The notes below the pieces were generated by a model. It did not search any database, was not told where the DNA came from, and saw only the letters and a program-made list of their open reading frames with translations. 64,000 nucleotides of DNA from a bacterium. GTDB taxonomy: Bacteria > Hinthialibacterota > Hinthialibacteria > Hinthialibacterales > Hinthialibacteraceae. Made by a program: the position numbers and the translations under genes. The stretch lies in assembly GCA_963662285.2 (NCBI GenBank), contig CAXXMV010000002.1:1056001-1120000 (forward strand). Reading direction: 5' to 3'. The stretch's first letter is position 1; every line of letters starts with the position of its first letter. Shown here one piece after another: positions 52,201 to 63,332 of the stretch.

Positions 52201-52892
52201 CGCAATTAGGGATCGTGAATGAATTGGCCATTGAAGAATATGAAGAAGTTAAGCAGCGATGCGATTTTCTTGAGGCGCAGCAAAAAGACCTATTAAAATC
52301 TAAATCGAATTTGCTTTCCACATCCAAAGAATTGCATGGAGCGACGATAGAGAAATTTCTGGAAACCTTTAACAAGGTCAAGGATAATTTCAATAGAACT
52401 TTCCGGCGTATGTTTAATGGAGGACGAGCGGAATTGGTTCTATTGGACGGCGATCCGATGGAAGCGGGCATCGAGATTGAAGTACAGCCTCCAGGTAAAA
52501 AACTTCAGACAATCTCGTTGTTGTCAGGTGGAGAGAAAGCATTGGTGGCCATTGCACTGCTCTTTGCAATCTACGATATCAAAGCAAGTCCCTTCTGTTT
52601 CCTCGATGAAATCGATGCTCCGTTGGATGATACCAATATCGGTCGTTTTACCAGTATGCTGCGTTCATTTCTTGACCGGTCGCAGTTTATCATGATCACC
52701 CATAGTAAAAAAACCATGTCGATCTGCGATTCATTGTATGGCGTGACCATGGCGGAAGAAGGGATTTCATCGATCTATTCAATGAAATTCAAAAAAGGCA
52801 ACCTGACTACTCTGAACTCAGCGGGCGCCGATTCCAGCCAAGCTACACATGGTAAACTAGTTGAAATGCCAAAGGAAGAAATGGCGGTCTAG
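49269..52892 (+). CDS. smc: Chromosome segregation protein SMC
   Basis: GFKSFA, Walker [10 protein letters not shown], coiled coils, hinge, LSGGEK, Walker [10 protein letters not shown]. Confidence 0.99.
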   Translation: MYLRKLSVVGFKSFANSIEIDFDQGVTGVVGPNGCGKSNVSDAIRWVLGEQSPRRLRGGIMQDMIFNGTASRGAAGLAEVSLLFDNSDGLLPVSYQEVEITRRLHRSGESEYLINNTKCRLKDVTDLFLDSGIGTNSYSLMEQGRVDMIVNAKPTQRRELLEEAAGVSRFLHRRQEALRKLDRTDQDLTRINDIFSELQRQRRSLERQASQANLARKYRLELQRVEYAMHIRGGKVLFASMEEKTNRLKGLIARLETLEGQLSEVRQRKRNLSQRMQEQDELNRKQRDAYATSSARLEQMEHNLKTMGDRLSEYTQLRTRLLGECKEDSKRSEEEQQRIVNTKKQIEQIHEESAILRNKLEELNEELNKINRDFAEFESEGEQQRKTFLNLEHEITGVKNQQRVWDRDREFYISRLNQRKKELGEIENEFTTLAKRKDELQQEGLELEETLAETRLRQEDISQKLNELSQSETNVKKELQTAERQWQQANSRLESLQQLQANLAGFDEGVRFLLRGQNDKPNDLVCTLAERIQVEAGFEKAIETALAGKLQAVVARNDGAVLEAVRRLRDGKKGRVSFFPKSEEQFTADTQAKPEQLALLQSAGAVVNCESDIKPILDRLLNQVYLINTLDEALPLRKFLPTGASMVTRDGDVVDFNGCITGGNNAGSQILSRTTEILKLESEVRELKEVRSQFEIKINEVRQSLVEITKERDVLRQTRMDIENRCRLAKDELQRSDKRLQNLEQSCKSIKAECDSLTQELDKGAQDAEERALILEGLEEKRTTLEATLNAWTEQMKLVREKRKTLADRVADHRMILLEKDKDRERWLGDVETLSRHLRELERGIDEKRRLAEQQEEKRVETAKALEETKDSIIKVREERDLVWKEVRSGEETTQGIRSEINKIEGEETSLMNNFEKLRYEREAADQERLKLEVEEEYWRKKLDESYATLEDKEECERDQRNDEELNEKIEFYRRRISQLGIVNELAIEEYEEVKQRCDFLEAQQKDLLKSKSNLLSTSKELHGATIEKFLETFNKVKDNFNRTFRRMFNGGRAELVLLDGDPMEAGIEIEVQPPGKKLQTISLLSGGEKALVAIALLFAIYDIKASPFCFLDEIDAPLDDTNIGRFTSMLRSFLDRSQFIMITHSKKTMSICDSLYGVTMAEEGISSIYSMKFKKGNLTTLNSAGADSSQATHGKLVEMPKEEMAV

Positions 52893-52970
52893 TTCAAGAC
52901 GGATGTTGGTTCGCAGTAGGTGATAAAAAATTCTAATGCGAATTGTAATAATAAAAATGGATATAGAAAC

Positions 52971-53069
52971 AACGGATTGTTCCTGCGTAAAATCCGTTTC
53001 AAACAGGCGCTTTTGCGCCCGTGCATCTCTTTGCCTCCCCAGAGATTCCTCCTCTCTGGGGTTTTTTTT
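52971..53069 (+). ncRNA. Candidate three-hairpin small RNA ending in an intrinsic terminator
   Basis: AACGGATT/AATCCGTT, GGCGC-TTTT-GCGCC, CCCCAGAGA-TTCCTCC-TCTCTGGGG-T8; the terminator is well supported, sRNA status is not. Confidence 0.45.
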
Positions 53070-53320
53070 ATGAAAAAGAGGAGTAATTGAATCGATGCAA
53101 TAATAATTGTGAATAGTTTATTAATAATAAAGGTCGAATATTCAGATATGTTTGATGATCTGATATGCTTGAAAGTAGTGAAATCTGTCAAGGAAAAGCA
53201 ATTCGGTCTATAGTGGAGACTGATTTGAAGGTATAGTAGTCTTTGGTGCACATGTATTTAGGGGTGAATTCAGTTACCCGTTTCATCGTCAAAAAAATTG
53301 GCGACATAGGAGAAATCTGA

Positions 53321-54358
<1,038 letters not shown>

Positions 54359-54372
54359 TAGTAAAGCAAATA

Positions 54373-54406
54373 TTGGTTGAGGGGTAGGATATCTAACCTC
54401 AACCAA
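54373..54406 (+). terminator. Hairpin downstream of mreB
   Basis: TTGGTTGAGG / CCTCAACCAA perfect 10-bp stem; T-run a few nt later. Confidence 0.5.
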
Positions 54407-54618
54407 AGCAGTTTTTATAAGCCATTCCTACATGAGTGACATGATGCCATGATTTTGATAATCGCTCTAATGCATCACGATTAAGCGTCATAGTATGTAT
54501 TCCAAGTTTAAACGAACATATTTGTGCGAACCGCTCTAGTGTTATGATGCTGAATTTCAACATGTAATCAACAGCCGGAGATATTTCAAAACAAGATCAG
54601 TTACGCCAACATAAAACC

Positions 54619-55506
54619 ATGCTTTATTCTTCAAAGCGTACAGCGCCAAAACGTAAAAAAAAGATTGTTATACTCAGTCCCAAGATGCTGGGTATTGCGT
54701 TTATATTAATATCGCTTTTTCTGTTGCTTTTCGGGAGTGGAGACGATCAGCAAATCGCGTCTGCGCCATTTTCGCGTTTTCTGTTAGCTCCGGTTTCGGC
54801 TATTCAAAGCGTGCGTAATTTTTGTGTTGACCTGGTCGGTGGATTAAAATCTAATCTAAATGCCAAAGATGAACTAGCTGTTATAAAAGAGGAAGTTGAA
54901 CAACTACGTAAAGAGAATCAGGAACTGTTATACAAACTCCGCAGACATGATCATTACCGTGAAGCCTTCAACCTGCCCCACGAAGAAGGTATGCCAGTCA
55001 TTATTGGAGTTGTTGTGATGCGTCCAGAGCGTATGGCGCAATCTCTGATCATTAATCGCGGCGTGGATGATGGATTGAGCGTCAATATGCCTGCCCTGTC
55101 ACAAGAAGGTCTGGTAGGCCGGACAACGCGAAAATTAACCCGGCACAGAGCAGAGGTTATGCCTATAACTGATCCACGCAGCGCAGTTGGAGTGTACATT
55201 AAGGGAACGCCTTATGAAGGAATTCTGCGTGGAACAGAAGATGGCAATAATCTATTAATGACGGATCGCTTTTTAAATACTCAAGGCGATGAAACCATAG
55301 TGCCGAAGCCTGGAGATATTGTATACACATCGGGGCATGGCGCGGTTTTTCCGAGGGATATCCGGGCCGGAGTCATAAGTGATGCAACATCAGACAAAGG
55401 AATCGTTGTTCAGCCTGTTGTTGATATAAACTCGGTCAAAGCGATTATGGTTTTGGCTGACAATGAATTACGTAAAGAAATGCTATCTCTTCTGGATGAA
55501 CAATAA
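54619..55506 (+). CDS. mreC: Rod shape-determining protein MreC
   Basis: TM helix, coiled coil, INRG..DG, GLVGR, GDIVYTSG.G.VFP. Confidence 0.93.
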   Translation: MLYSSKRTAPKRKKKIVILSPKMLGIAFILISLFLLLFGSGDDQQIASAPFSRFLLAPVSAIQSVRNFCVDLVGGLKSNLNAKDELAVIKEEVEQLRKENQELLYKLRRHDHYREAFNLPHEEGMPVIIGVVVMRPERMAQSLIINRGVDDGLSVNMPALSQEGLVGRTTRKLTRHRAEVMPITDPRSAVGVYIKGTPYEGILRGTEDGNNLLMTDRFLNTQGDETIVPKPGDIVYTSGHGAVFPRDIRAGVISDATSDKGIVVQPVVDINSVKAIMVLADNELRKEMLSLLDEQ

Positions 55507-55537
55507 GATAAAAATAGAAAAAGTACGTTAATTAATC

Positions 55538-56035
55538 ATGGCGTGGATATTGGCGGTAGTTGTTTTTTTCCTTGATATTTCATTACGGATTTTTTTTGGG
55601 CTTGGCCCAGCCAGTCCGGATATTTTATTATTGGCATTATTATATATCACACTCAAATATCCTGTCGGAGAAGCTTATTGCATCGCATTTTTGTCAGGCT
55701 TCTCTTGGGATACTGTATTCATGGATAACCTAGGACTCCATTCATTCCTGTTTGTGATTGCGGCCATGATAACAGTTCGGTTATGTCGGCTTATCTGGGT
55801 GCAATACGCCATATCGCGGCTGGTGATTGGCGCAGCAGCATGCGGATTGGTTCGATTCGGAGAAGTGATTTTCTGGTTGTCAAATCTGGATCAAAATGCA
55901 CCGATTTACATGCCGGAACGCTATATTATCACAGGAGCGATAGTCACTGGAGTAATTTTCTTTTTGATGCCATGGCGTACAACTCCAATCAATCTGCCCA
56001 GACGAAATCCACAAACAATTTTTGCGGAAAGATGA
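55538..56035 (+). CDS. mreD: Rod shape-determining protein MreD
   Basis: Small hydrophobic protein with PDILL and GFSWD..LG; position between mreC and mrdA. Confidence 0.85.
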   Translation: MAWILAVVVFFLDISLRIFFGLGPASPDILLLALLYITLKYPVGEAYCIAFLSGFSWDTVFMDNLGLHSFLFVIAAMITVRLCRLIWVQYAISRLVIGAAACGLVRFGEVIFWLSNLDQNAPIYMPERYIITGAIVTGVIFFLMPWRTTPINLPRRNPQTIFAER

Positions 56036-56145
56036 TAATGCTCTACAATAAAACCTAAACTCTTTTAACTAATAAATAAAAGAATGGCTTTTTCCGAGCA
56101 AATGTGAAATAAAAACAAAATTCAAGAATCGCTTGAAATGGAAAA

Positions 56146-58002
56146 ATGAAACAAAAGAAAATTCCCCTTTCCATGAAATCTTTTAAGGTGGATCGACGTA
56201 TACACGTCATTCTTTTCCTTATCGCAGCGGTTTTTACGGTTTTGGTTTTCCGTTTATGGACCATACAGGTATATAATCAGGCGGATTATAAATTGGCCCG
56301 CTTAGGCAACGTGGAGCGTGAAGTTGAAATCCAGAGCGCGCGTGGAGATATCCGGGACCGGTATGGAAGAGTGCTGGCCCGGGATGTCAGTAACAGAGAC
56401 ATTTGGATCACCATAGGCAAAAAACGGGAAATTACGTCTGCTGTTCGCACCTCTCTGGAACTGCTTTCAGAAATTCTCGACAAACCGTATGAATCGTTTA
56501 AACAGGCCTACCTTCATAAGGAGCGTGAAAGCAAGCGTTGGGAAATCAGGGTGGCGGAAAGAATTCCTCCTCATAAATACGTCATACTGGAAGAACGCAA
56601 AATAGAATTTCCTGAAGAGGCCATGATTTACGCCAGAAAAGTGCCAACCCGGTACTATCATAATGATACTTTGGCAGCTCATATATTGGGTTATACCGGT
56701 CCAATAGATAAGAAAGAAAAGAAGATGGAGCGTTACGACAAATATGCTCCATATAGTCTAATTGGTAAGACGGGCATTGAGAAGCAGTATGAATCTTACC
56801 TGCATGGTTCTGATGGTATAAACAAAATTATAGTTGATAAAAATGAGATTCAACGCGGTTCGGCGGAGGAGATCAAGCCCGCCATTCCGGGCAATAATGT
56901 TATCTTGAATATAGATAACGATTATCAATTAGCTGCCGAGCAGATTCTGGGCGTATCAGAAGGAGTGATTATCGTCTCGGATCCACGGGATAACTCCATT
57001 ATGGCTATGGCTTCCAATCCACGATATCACCCTAAATATTACCGGGATTATCTTTATGCTCCAAACCGGCCTTTGTTTGATCGGGCTATACAGGGCAAAT
57101 ACGAGCCTGGTTCAGTATTCAAGATTTTTGAAGCTTTTGCGCTTTTGGAAGAGTTGAAAATCTCTCCAGATTATGAAGTCTATTGTCCAGGTGTTTATAC
57201 CAACTGGGATTTGAAGATGCGCTGTCATAAAGCTACTGGTCATGGATATATTAATCTATATGATGCTATTACACTTTCCTGCAATGTATATTTCTACACA
57301 ATGGTTGGAGAAAAAATGTGCGTTGATGGTGGACGTCGGCTGCGAAAATGGGCAATGAATTTTGGCTTTGAAGATAAAACCGGCATCGATTTGCCGGATG
57401 AAGCTGCCGCCACGATATTTCCCTCAAAAGAGACCGAGCGTTTTACCGCGCAAAAAAAATGGTATCACGGTAATGCTATCAGTCACGCAATTGGTCAAGG
57501 CGGCGTATTATTTACTCCTTTACAGGTCAATACCGCCCTATGCGCCATTGCTAACGGCGGTACGCTTTATAAACCTCAGTTGGCGCAAAAAATCATTTCT
57601 CCCAAAGGCGAATCTATTAAAAACTTCGAACCGGAAATTGCAGGGAAAATTGAGGCATCTACCAAGACATTTGAAATTGTAAAAAAAGCGATGTGGGAAG
57701 TGGTTAATAATCCTCGAGGCACCGGGCGACGGCTGGGTGGATTTAAAGATGTCGATTTTACAATGGCGGGGAAAACCGGCACGGCTCAACCAGGCAACAG
57801 AGGCGTACCGCATGCATGGTTTGTCTGTTATGGACCATTTGAGAAGCCTGAAATCGCCATCACGGTTTTGATTGTCAATGGTGGACATGGCGGGGATGTT
57901 GCATCACCATTAGCAAAACAGTTTCTGGATATATATTTGGGCAATGGTAAACTTCAAGATTTGGTTATGGCCGATACACCGGTAGATCCATTGCTCAATT
58001 AA
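56146..58002 (+). CDS. mrdA: Penicillin-binding protein 2
   Basis: RGDIRDRYG, AHILGY, SxxK (PGSVFK), SCN, KTGTAQ. Confidence 0.96.
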   Translation: MKQKKIPLSMKSFKVDRRIHVILFLIAAVFTVLVFRLWTIQVYNQADYKLARLGNVEREVEIQSARGDIRDRYGRVLARDVSNRDIWITIGKKREITSAVRTSLELLSEILDKPYESFKQAYLHKERESKRWEIRVAERIPPHKYVILEERKIEFPEEAMIYARKVPTRYYHNDTLAAHILGYTGPIDKKEKKMERYDKYAPYSLIGKTGIEKQYESYLHGSDGINKIIVDKNEIQRGSAEEIKPAIPGNNVILNIDNDYQLAAEQILGVSEGVIIVSDPRDNSIMAMASNPRYHPKYYRDYLYAPNRPLFDRAIQGKYEPGSVFKIFEAFALLEELKISPDYEVYCPGVYTNWDLKMRCHKATGHGYINLYDAITLSCNVYFYTMVGEKMCVDGGRRLRKWAMNFGFEDKTGIDLPDEAAATIFPSKETERFTAQKKWYHGNAISHAIGQGGVLFTPLQVNTALCAIANGGTLYKPQLAQKIISPKGESIKNFEPEIAGKIEASTKTFEIVKKAMWEVVNNPRGTGRRLGGFKDVDFTMAGKTGTAQPGNRGVPHAWFVCYGPFEKPEIAITVLIVNGGHGGDVASPLAKQFLDIYLGNGKLQDLVMADTPVDPLLN

Positions 58003-58008
58003 AAGGAT

Positions 58009-58146
58009 TACGGTTCCAAATTCTCCCCCAAGCCTGGGGGGAGTTAGAGGGGAGTTGCGTTTCGACCAATCAACCCCCTCCTAACCTCCCCCAGGCTTGG
58101 GGGAGGGATCAAGCATTAAACTATTACAAGGTTTTTACGAACCATA
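58009..58146. repeat. Inverted doublet of REP-like units (REPIN/MITE-like)
   Basis: Unit CTCCCCCAAGCCTGGGGG.. at 58021-58057 and its inverted copy at 58071-58108; short outer IR TACGGTTC / GAACCATA. Confidence 0.75.
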
Positions 58147-58177
58147 TAATGTGGTAAGTTCAGGATGTTTTTAAGCA

Positions 58178-59503
58178 ATGTTTAATTCAAAATTCTGGTA
58201 TAATTTCGACTATATTTCACTGGTCCTGGTTATATCTTTAGCGGTTTTCGGCATTGTTTCTCTGGCAGGCGCCACTGGAGACAGTGACGCCCGATGGGGA
58301 AAGCAATTGCTTTTTTTCATAATAGGACTTATCAGTTGTATTAGCATTGTTTTTATTGATTACCGCACCCTCACCCGTTATGCGCCTCTTTTGTATATCG
58401 GTGGGATTATCACTTTGATTCTAATATTTGTTCCACAACTGGGTCATAAAACGCATGGCGCTCAGTCATGGATTAAAATCAAAAGTCTCCCTTTCCAAAT
58501 ACAGCCCGCAGAATTTGCTAAACTGACTACCATAATAATGTTGGCCAGGATTCTTGGTTCACATAAAGAGCAGTGGAATGGGCTTTGGGATATGATGCGT
58601 CCTTTAATTATCGGCGCGATTCCCACTATTTTTATTTTAGCTCAACCCGACCTTGGCAGCGCCGTCGTCTTCGGGCCAATCACTTTGTTAATGATGTTTG
58701 CTGCGGGAATGCCCTTATCCTTTTTCTTGTTGTTATTTTCCCCTTTTTTGGCGGTTCTTGGTATAAGCCATGATCCAGTCTTAATGCTAATCTGGATTGG
58801 CGCACTGGGATTCCTGCTGATATACGCCATATCCCGCCATACTTCCTGGACTATTTGGCTGCCCTTTATATTAATCAGCATTGCTGCATATATGGTGGTC
58901 TATTCGCAGGGAGAGAAAATCTGGGACAAATTGCCTACAAATCCCAAAACCAGGTTGATGACATATATTGATCCTGAATCAGTCTCTACGGCGAAAGCCT
59001 GGAATATAAACCAATCCAAGATTGCTTTGGGAGCAGGTGGATTCTGGGGGATTGGATTAGGTAAAGGAACCCAAAGTCGTTATGGTTTTCTACCCGAATC
59101 TGAGCATGATTTCGTCTTCCCATCGGTTGGCGAACAACTAGGTTTTGTTGGAGGAGTTGCTTTATTATTCCTGTTTTTCCTTCTTATGATGCGCGGGCTT
59201 GAAACCGCTGTGTCATCCAAGACCCTGCAAGGAGCACTTATTGCCACGGGAGTAGTGTCGTTATTCTTTTCTCATATTACTATCAATATCGGTATGGTGA
59301 CCGGGCTATTGCCTGTTACCGGACTTCCTCTCACTTTTATATCGTATGGTGGATCATTTATGTTAGCCAGTATGATTTCTGTTGGATTGTTAATTAACAT
59401 ACGCTATCGCAGCGCTACCGAGATGATGGAAGATGGATTCATGAAAAATCGTTCTCAGATGTCGTTGCCCTCAAAAAGCGATGATAATGACATCTGGGGG
59501 TGA
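58178..59503 (+). CDS. rodA: Rod shape-determining protein RodA (SEDS glycosyltransferase)
   Basis: QPAEFAK, QPDLGSA, LPESEHDFVF, PVTGLPL.FISYGGS. Confidence 0.96.
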   Translation: MFNSKFWYNFDYISLVLVISLAVFGIVSLAGATGDSDARWGKQLLFFIIGLISCISIVFIDYRTLTRYAPLLYIGGIITLILIFVPQLGHKTHGAQSWIKIKSLPFQIQPAEFAKLTTIIMLARILGSHKEQWNGLWDMMRPLIIGAIPTIFILAQPDLGSAVVFGPITLLMMFAAGMPLSFFLLLFSPFLAVLGISHDPVLMLIWIGALGFLLIYAISRHTSWTIWLPFILISIAAYMVVYSQGEKIWDKLPTNPKTRLMTYIDPESVSTAKAWNINQSKIALGAGGFWGIGLGKGTQSRYGFLPESEHDFVFPSVGEQLGFVGGVALLFLFFLLMMRGLETAVSSKTLQGALIATGVVSLFFSHITINIGMVTGLLPVTGLPLTFISYGGSFMLASMISVGLLINIRYRSATEMMEDGFMKNRSQMSLPSKSDDNDIWG

Positions 59504-59625
59504 GCATGTTTTTTGACTTTTAACCGTTTCGTCACGATCTTGGTTTCTTCTTCTGTATAATTGCCCGGAATAGGGTAAAATAAAACCAGAGTAGTTTACG
59601 CAATAAATAACCATTAGCGTTTTTT

Positions 59626-59744
59626 TAGTTTTTCGTCAAACTCGTTTTGTCGGGTAGAGAATTCAATTTATCTCTTATCCTAGCCCTTTCATGGAGGGAG
59701 AGGGGATTTTGGTTACCCGATATTATTATCTGTATAGAGTACTA
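59626..59744 (+). mobile_element. 119-bp MITE-like element, copy 2
   Basis: Same length as and about 75% identical to the reverse complement of 45426-45544. Confidence 0.8.
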
Positions 59745-59769
59745 ATCGACAATTGATTAAGGAGTTTTC

Positions 59770-62136
59770 ATGAATTCGGTTGAACAAGCCAGTGTAATTT
59801 ACGCCGATGAAACCAAGATGGCGGATGCCCTTAAAAAGGCCGGAGTATCGCTTACCCCTGACGAAGCCTTGAAGATCAAGGATCGGTTGGGACGCATCCC
59901 CTCTTGTGCGGAACTATTCGTCTTCGATATCGAATGGAGCGAACACTGTTCGTATAAAAGCAGCAAACATTTGCTGAAGAAATACTTGCCTATTTCCAGT
60001 AAGAATGTTATCCAGGGACCGGAAGAAGACGCCGGGATCGTTTATTTTACCGATTTCGAGGGGCGTCGTTATGGTATTGTAATCGCTCATGAAAGCCATA
60101 ATCACCCGTCGCAGGTGCTTCCATTTGAAGGCGCGGCCACCGGTATAGGCGGCATCGTGCGTGATGTGGATTGCATGGGGGCTTCGGTAATCGGCGTGGC
60201 GGATCCTCTGCGTTTTGGAGACCCGAATGGTAAAAACGCCGACCGTACGCGATCTATCGTGAATGGCGTGGTTGAAGGTATATGGAGTTATGGCAATGCG
60301 CTGGGCGTTCCCAATATGGGTGGTGATGTAGTTTATCACGAAGGCTATGACGATAACTGTCTGGTTAATGTAGTGGCGCTGGGGATACTATGCGAAGACG
60401 ATATTATTCATAGCCGCGTTCCCGAATGCGGCGAAGGTTACGATCTTATTTTAGTAGGCAAGCCAACCGACCGTTCCGGTTTTGGCGGCGCATCATTCGC
60501 ATCGGGTACTTTAGATCAGGATGATGAAGAAGAAAACAAAGGCGCGGTTCAGATTCCCGATCCGTTTCTTAAGAATGTACTGTTGCATTACAAAGCCACT
60601 CAAGACGTCCGCAATCGGGCTAAAGAGTTAGGCGTAAAAGTTGGAATGAAAGATTTGGGCGCTGGCGGCATCGCATGTTGCGCCTCGGAAATAGGCGAAA
60701 GCGGAGGTTTCGGCATCGAACTCGACATTGACGCCGTCCATATCGCTGAAGCCGATCTCCCTCCTGAAGTGATTCTTTGCGCTGAAACCCAGGAACGTTA
60801 TATCTGGGCCGTCCCACCATCATTCACGCCGGAAGTGCTTCGTATTTACAACGAAGATTGGGAACTACCCGCAATCTGTTCAGGCGCCGGCGCTTTCCGT
60901 ATTGGTAAAGTCGTCAAAGAACGCGTAATGCGCGCTTCTTATAAAGGCCAGATGGTGGTTGATCTGCCTATTGAGTTTGTGGTTGAAGGCATTCGCTATG
61001 ACCGCGTCGCTGAAGAACCCAAGGTTGCATTCAGCGAACCACAAGTTACCAAGCCGGAAGATTTATCCAAATTTCTTTTACAAATCCTAAGCGGACCGAA
61101 TATGGCCTCGAAAGAGTCCATCTTCCGCCATTATGATACAGAAGTTCAGGGGAAAGCCGTGATTCGACCGGGTGAAGCGGATGCATCGGTTTCGGTTCCT
61201 CTTGATGGATGCAAGGCTGGCATGGCGTTGTCGGTTGATGGCAACCCTTATTATGGAGAGATTTCACCATACTGGGGCGCGGCGACTGCTGTTGCTGAAG
61301 CAATGCGCAATGTGGCTGCTGTCGGCGCGGTTCCCAAAGCGATGACCGATTGCCTGAATTACGGCAACCCGGAAGTTCCGCAGGATTATTGGGCGCTGGT
61401 TGAGGGCATCAAAGGTCTTTCAGAGGCGGCGCGCAAGTTATTTGATCCCAAAGAGGAAGAAGAACCCGTTCCGTTTGTATCTGGTAATGTTTCGCTGTAT
61501 AACCAATCGGCGGGTGGCGCTTCGATTCCTCCATCGCCCGTAATAGCCTGCTTGGGCGTTATGCAAGACGCCTCAAAAGCAATTACTATGGAAATCAAGA
61601 AGGCTGATGACCTGATTGTTCTGATTGGTGAGCGGTTCAATGAACTCGGTGGTTCAGAATACTATAGGGCGCTAGGCGCCGGTTTAGGCGCCAATGTTCC
61701 CCAGGTTCGTTTTGAGATCGAACGCGGAGTTATTTATGGAACAGCTCAGGCGATCCAACAGGGTTTGGTCAAAGCGGCTCATGATATATCTGCCGGCGGT
61801 TTGATAGTATCAGCAGCGGAAATGCTGTTGGCCTGCAATCCCAATGATGCAGCGGGTATGCAGATTGATCTGGTTCAACTTGATTCGGATTTAAGCGAAG
61901 AGGTGCTGCTCTTTTCTGAATCGGGCGGAATGCTGCTTGAAATTTCATCCGACTACTTAGACGCTATCAAATCTTTGTATAATGAATATGGTCTGGATGT
62001 GCAGGTGATCGGCGTAACCGACTCCACTAGCCAATTGACCATAAAAGATCGACGGGACTCGACGCTAGTTTCGCTGCCAGTCGCTGATATGCGAATTGCA
62101 TGGCGTGGTGATTTCGGTATGACCATCGCAACATAG
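59770..62136 (+). CDS. purL: Phosphoribosylformylglycinamidine synthase subunit PurL (small type)
   Basis: WSEHCSYKSS, ESHNHPS, GAATGIGGIVRD, DCLNYGNP, SGNVSLYN. Confidence 0.98.
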   Translation: MNSVEQASVIYADETKMADALKKAGVSLTPDEALKIKDRLGRIPSCAELFVFDIEWSEHCSYKSSKHLLKKYLPISSKNVIQGPEEDAGIVYFTDFEGRRYGIVIAHESHNHPSQVLPFEGAATGIGGIVRDVDCMGASVIGVADPLRFGDPNGKNADRTRSIVNGVVEGIWSYGNALGVPNMGGDVVYHEGYDDNCLVNVVALGILCEDDIIHSRVPECGEGYDLILVGKPTDRSGFGGASFASGTLDQDDEEENKGAVQIPDPFLKNVLLHYKATQDVRNRAKELGVKVGMKDLGAGGIACCASEIGESGGFGIELDIDAVHIAEADLPPEVILCAETQERYIWAVPPSFTPEVLRIYNEDWELPAICSGAGAFRIGKVVKERVMRASYKGQMVVDLPIEFVVEGIRYDRVAEEPKVAFSEPQVTKPEDLSKFLLQILSGPNMASKESIFRHYDTEVQGKAVIRPGEADASVSVPLDGCKAGMALSVDGNPYYGEISPYWGAATAVAEAMRNVAAVGAVPKAMTDCLNYGNPEVPQDYWALVEGIKGLSEAARKLFDPKEEEEPVPFVSGNVSLYNQSAGGASIPPSPVIACLGVMQDASKAITMEIKKADDLIVLIGERFNELGGSEYYRALGAGLGANVPQVRFEIERGVIYGTAQAIQQGLVKAAHDISAGGLIVSAAEMLLACNPNDAAGMQIDLVQLDSDLSEEVLLFSESGGMLLEISSDYLDAIKSLYNEYGLDVQVIGVTDSTSQLTIKDRRDSTLVSLPVADMRIAWRGDFGMTIAT

Positions 62137-62212
62137 TGGTTGCTGCATAGTCTTTTTCGAAATAAAACAATAATCAAACCGAACTACTGGATAGACTGAT
62201 AGAGACTAAATA

Positions 62213-63064
62213 ATGATAAATTCAAATGCTCCAACCGTCGCTGTTCTGCAATTTCCCGGATCAAACTGTGAATCCGAAACCGCACGTTCTCTTCGTGAGG
62301 TCGGCTTGCAGGCTGAAGTTTTCCGTTGGAACCGACAGCCGCAACAAATTGATGCTTTCGCCGCTTTTATAGTTCCAGGTGGATTCTCTTACGAAGACCG
62401 TATCCGGGCGGGAGTTGTGGCCGCTAAAGAACCTCTGATGGAAGCGCTGGCCGAGCAAGCTGAACGGGGCAAACCGATTCTTGGCATCTGCAATGGCGCC
62501 CAGGTTTTGCTGGAAAGTGGATTGCTGCCGGGGCTTGAACCGGGACGCGTCGAAATGGCTTTGGCTCATAACTATATGACCAGAGGAAAACACGTTATCC
62601 GCCGTGGACATCATTGCGGCTGGGTAAACCTGCGTTGTGAAATGGAACCAACCAGAACGCCCTTTACTCAAAACATGACTAAGGGAGAAATGTTTCCCAT
62701 TACTGTGTCACATGGCGAAGGACGTTTTATCAGTAACGATCCAGAAGTGATTAAAGCGCTGGAAGAACAAAATCTTGTTCTATGGCGCTATTGTGATGAA
62801 AATAGCGAGTTGCAATCAGATTTCCCGGTAAATCCCAATGGCTCATATTCCGGTATAGCTGGAATATGTAATCCCCAAGGCAACGTCGTTGCTTTGATGC
62901 CTCACCCGGAGAGATCATTTTACCTGCGTCAGGTTCCATCCAATTGGCCGGGGCAGTGGGGTGAGAGAAGGCGGGAGATGACTGATAATGATAATTCCTG
63001 GACTGAAGCGGGGCCGGGGCATAAGTTCTTCCAATCCCTAAAAAATTTCCTGTTACCTGCATGA
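62213..63064 (+). CDS. purQ: FGAM synthase glutaminase subunit PurQ
   Basis: FPGSNCE, PGGFSYED, LGICNGAQ, HGEG, MPHPER. Confidence 0.97.
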   Translation: MINSNAPTVAVLQFPGSNCESETARSLREVGLQAEVFRWNRQPQQIDAFAAFIVPGGFSYEDRIRAGVVAAKEPLMEALAEQAERGKPILGICNGAQVLLESGLLPGLEPGRVEMALAHNYMTRGKHVIRRGHHCGWVNLRCEMEPTRTPFTQNMTKGEMFPITVSHGEGRFISNDPEVIKALEEQNLVLWRYCDENSELQSDFPVNPNGSYSGIAGICNPQGNVVALMPHPERSFYLRQVPSNWPGQWGERRREMTDNDNSWTEAGPGHKFFQSLKNFLLPA

Positions 63065-63090
63065 ACAGATTGAAATAACTAAAAAAGATA

Positions 63091-63124
63091 AAGCCAGTTT
63101 GTTTTGAAATGAACTGGCTTCTTT
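63091..63124 (+). terminator. Terminator-like hairpin after purQ
   Basis: AAGCCAGTT / AACTGGCTT stem followed by CTTT. Confidence 0.55.
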
Positions 63125-63332
63125 CGTTCTGGAGCGTCCGGGATAATAACATACATATTAGCGTCTCGAAGAACAAACGTGATAATAAAGATGTTTTTGA
63201 AAATGGCTCTTGCATAAATAACTTATATTTTCTCAATGATCTAATATAATGATAAAGAGGTGTTTTTTTTTGGAAAATATTTCCTCATTTTCTGGCGTCT
63301 TTAGTTTGCATAAGAAAACAAGGTTCCGTGTC

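Noticed and set aside
59550-59620. Purine riboswitch upstream of purL (TATAAT..AATAGGG)
   Set aside because: Lacks the GTTTCTACC junction, P3 and a matching P1; TATAAT is more simply a -10 element.
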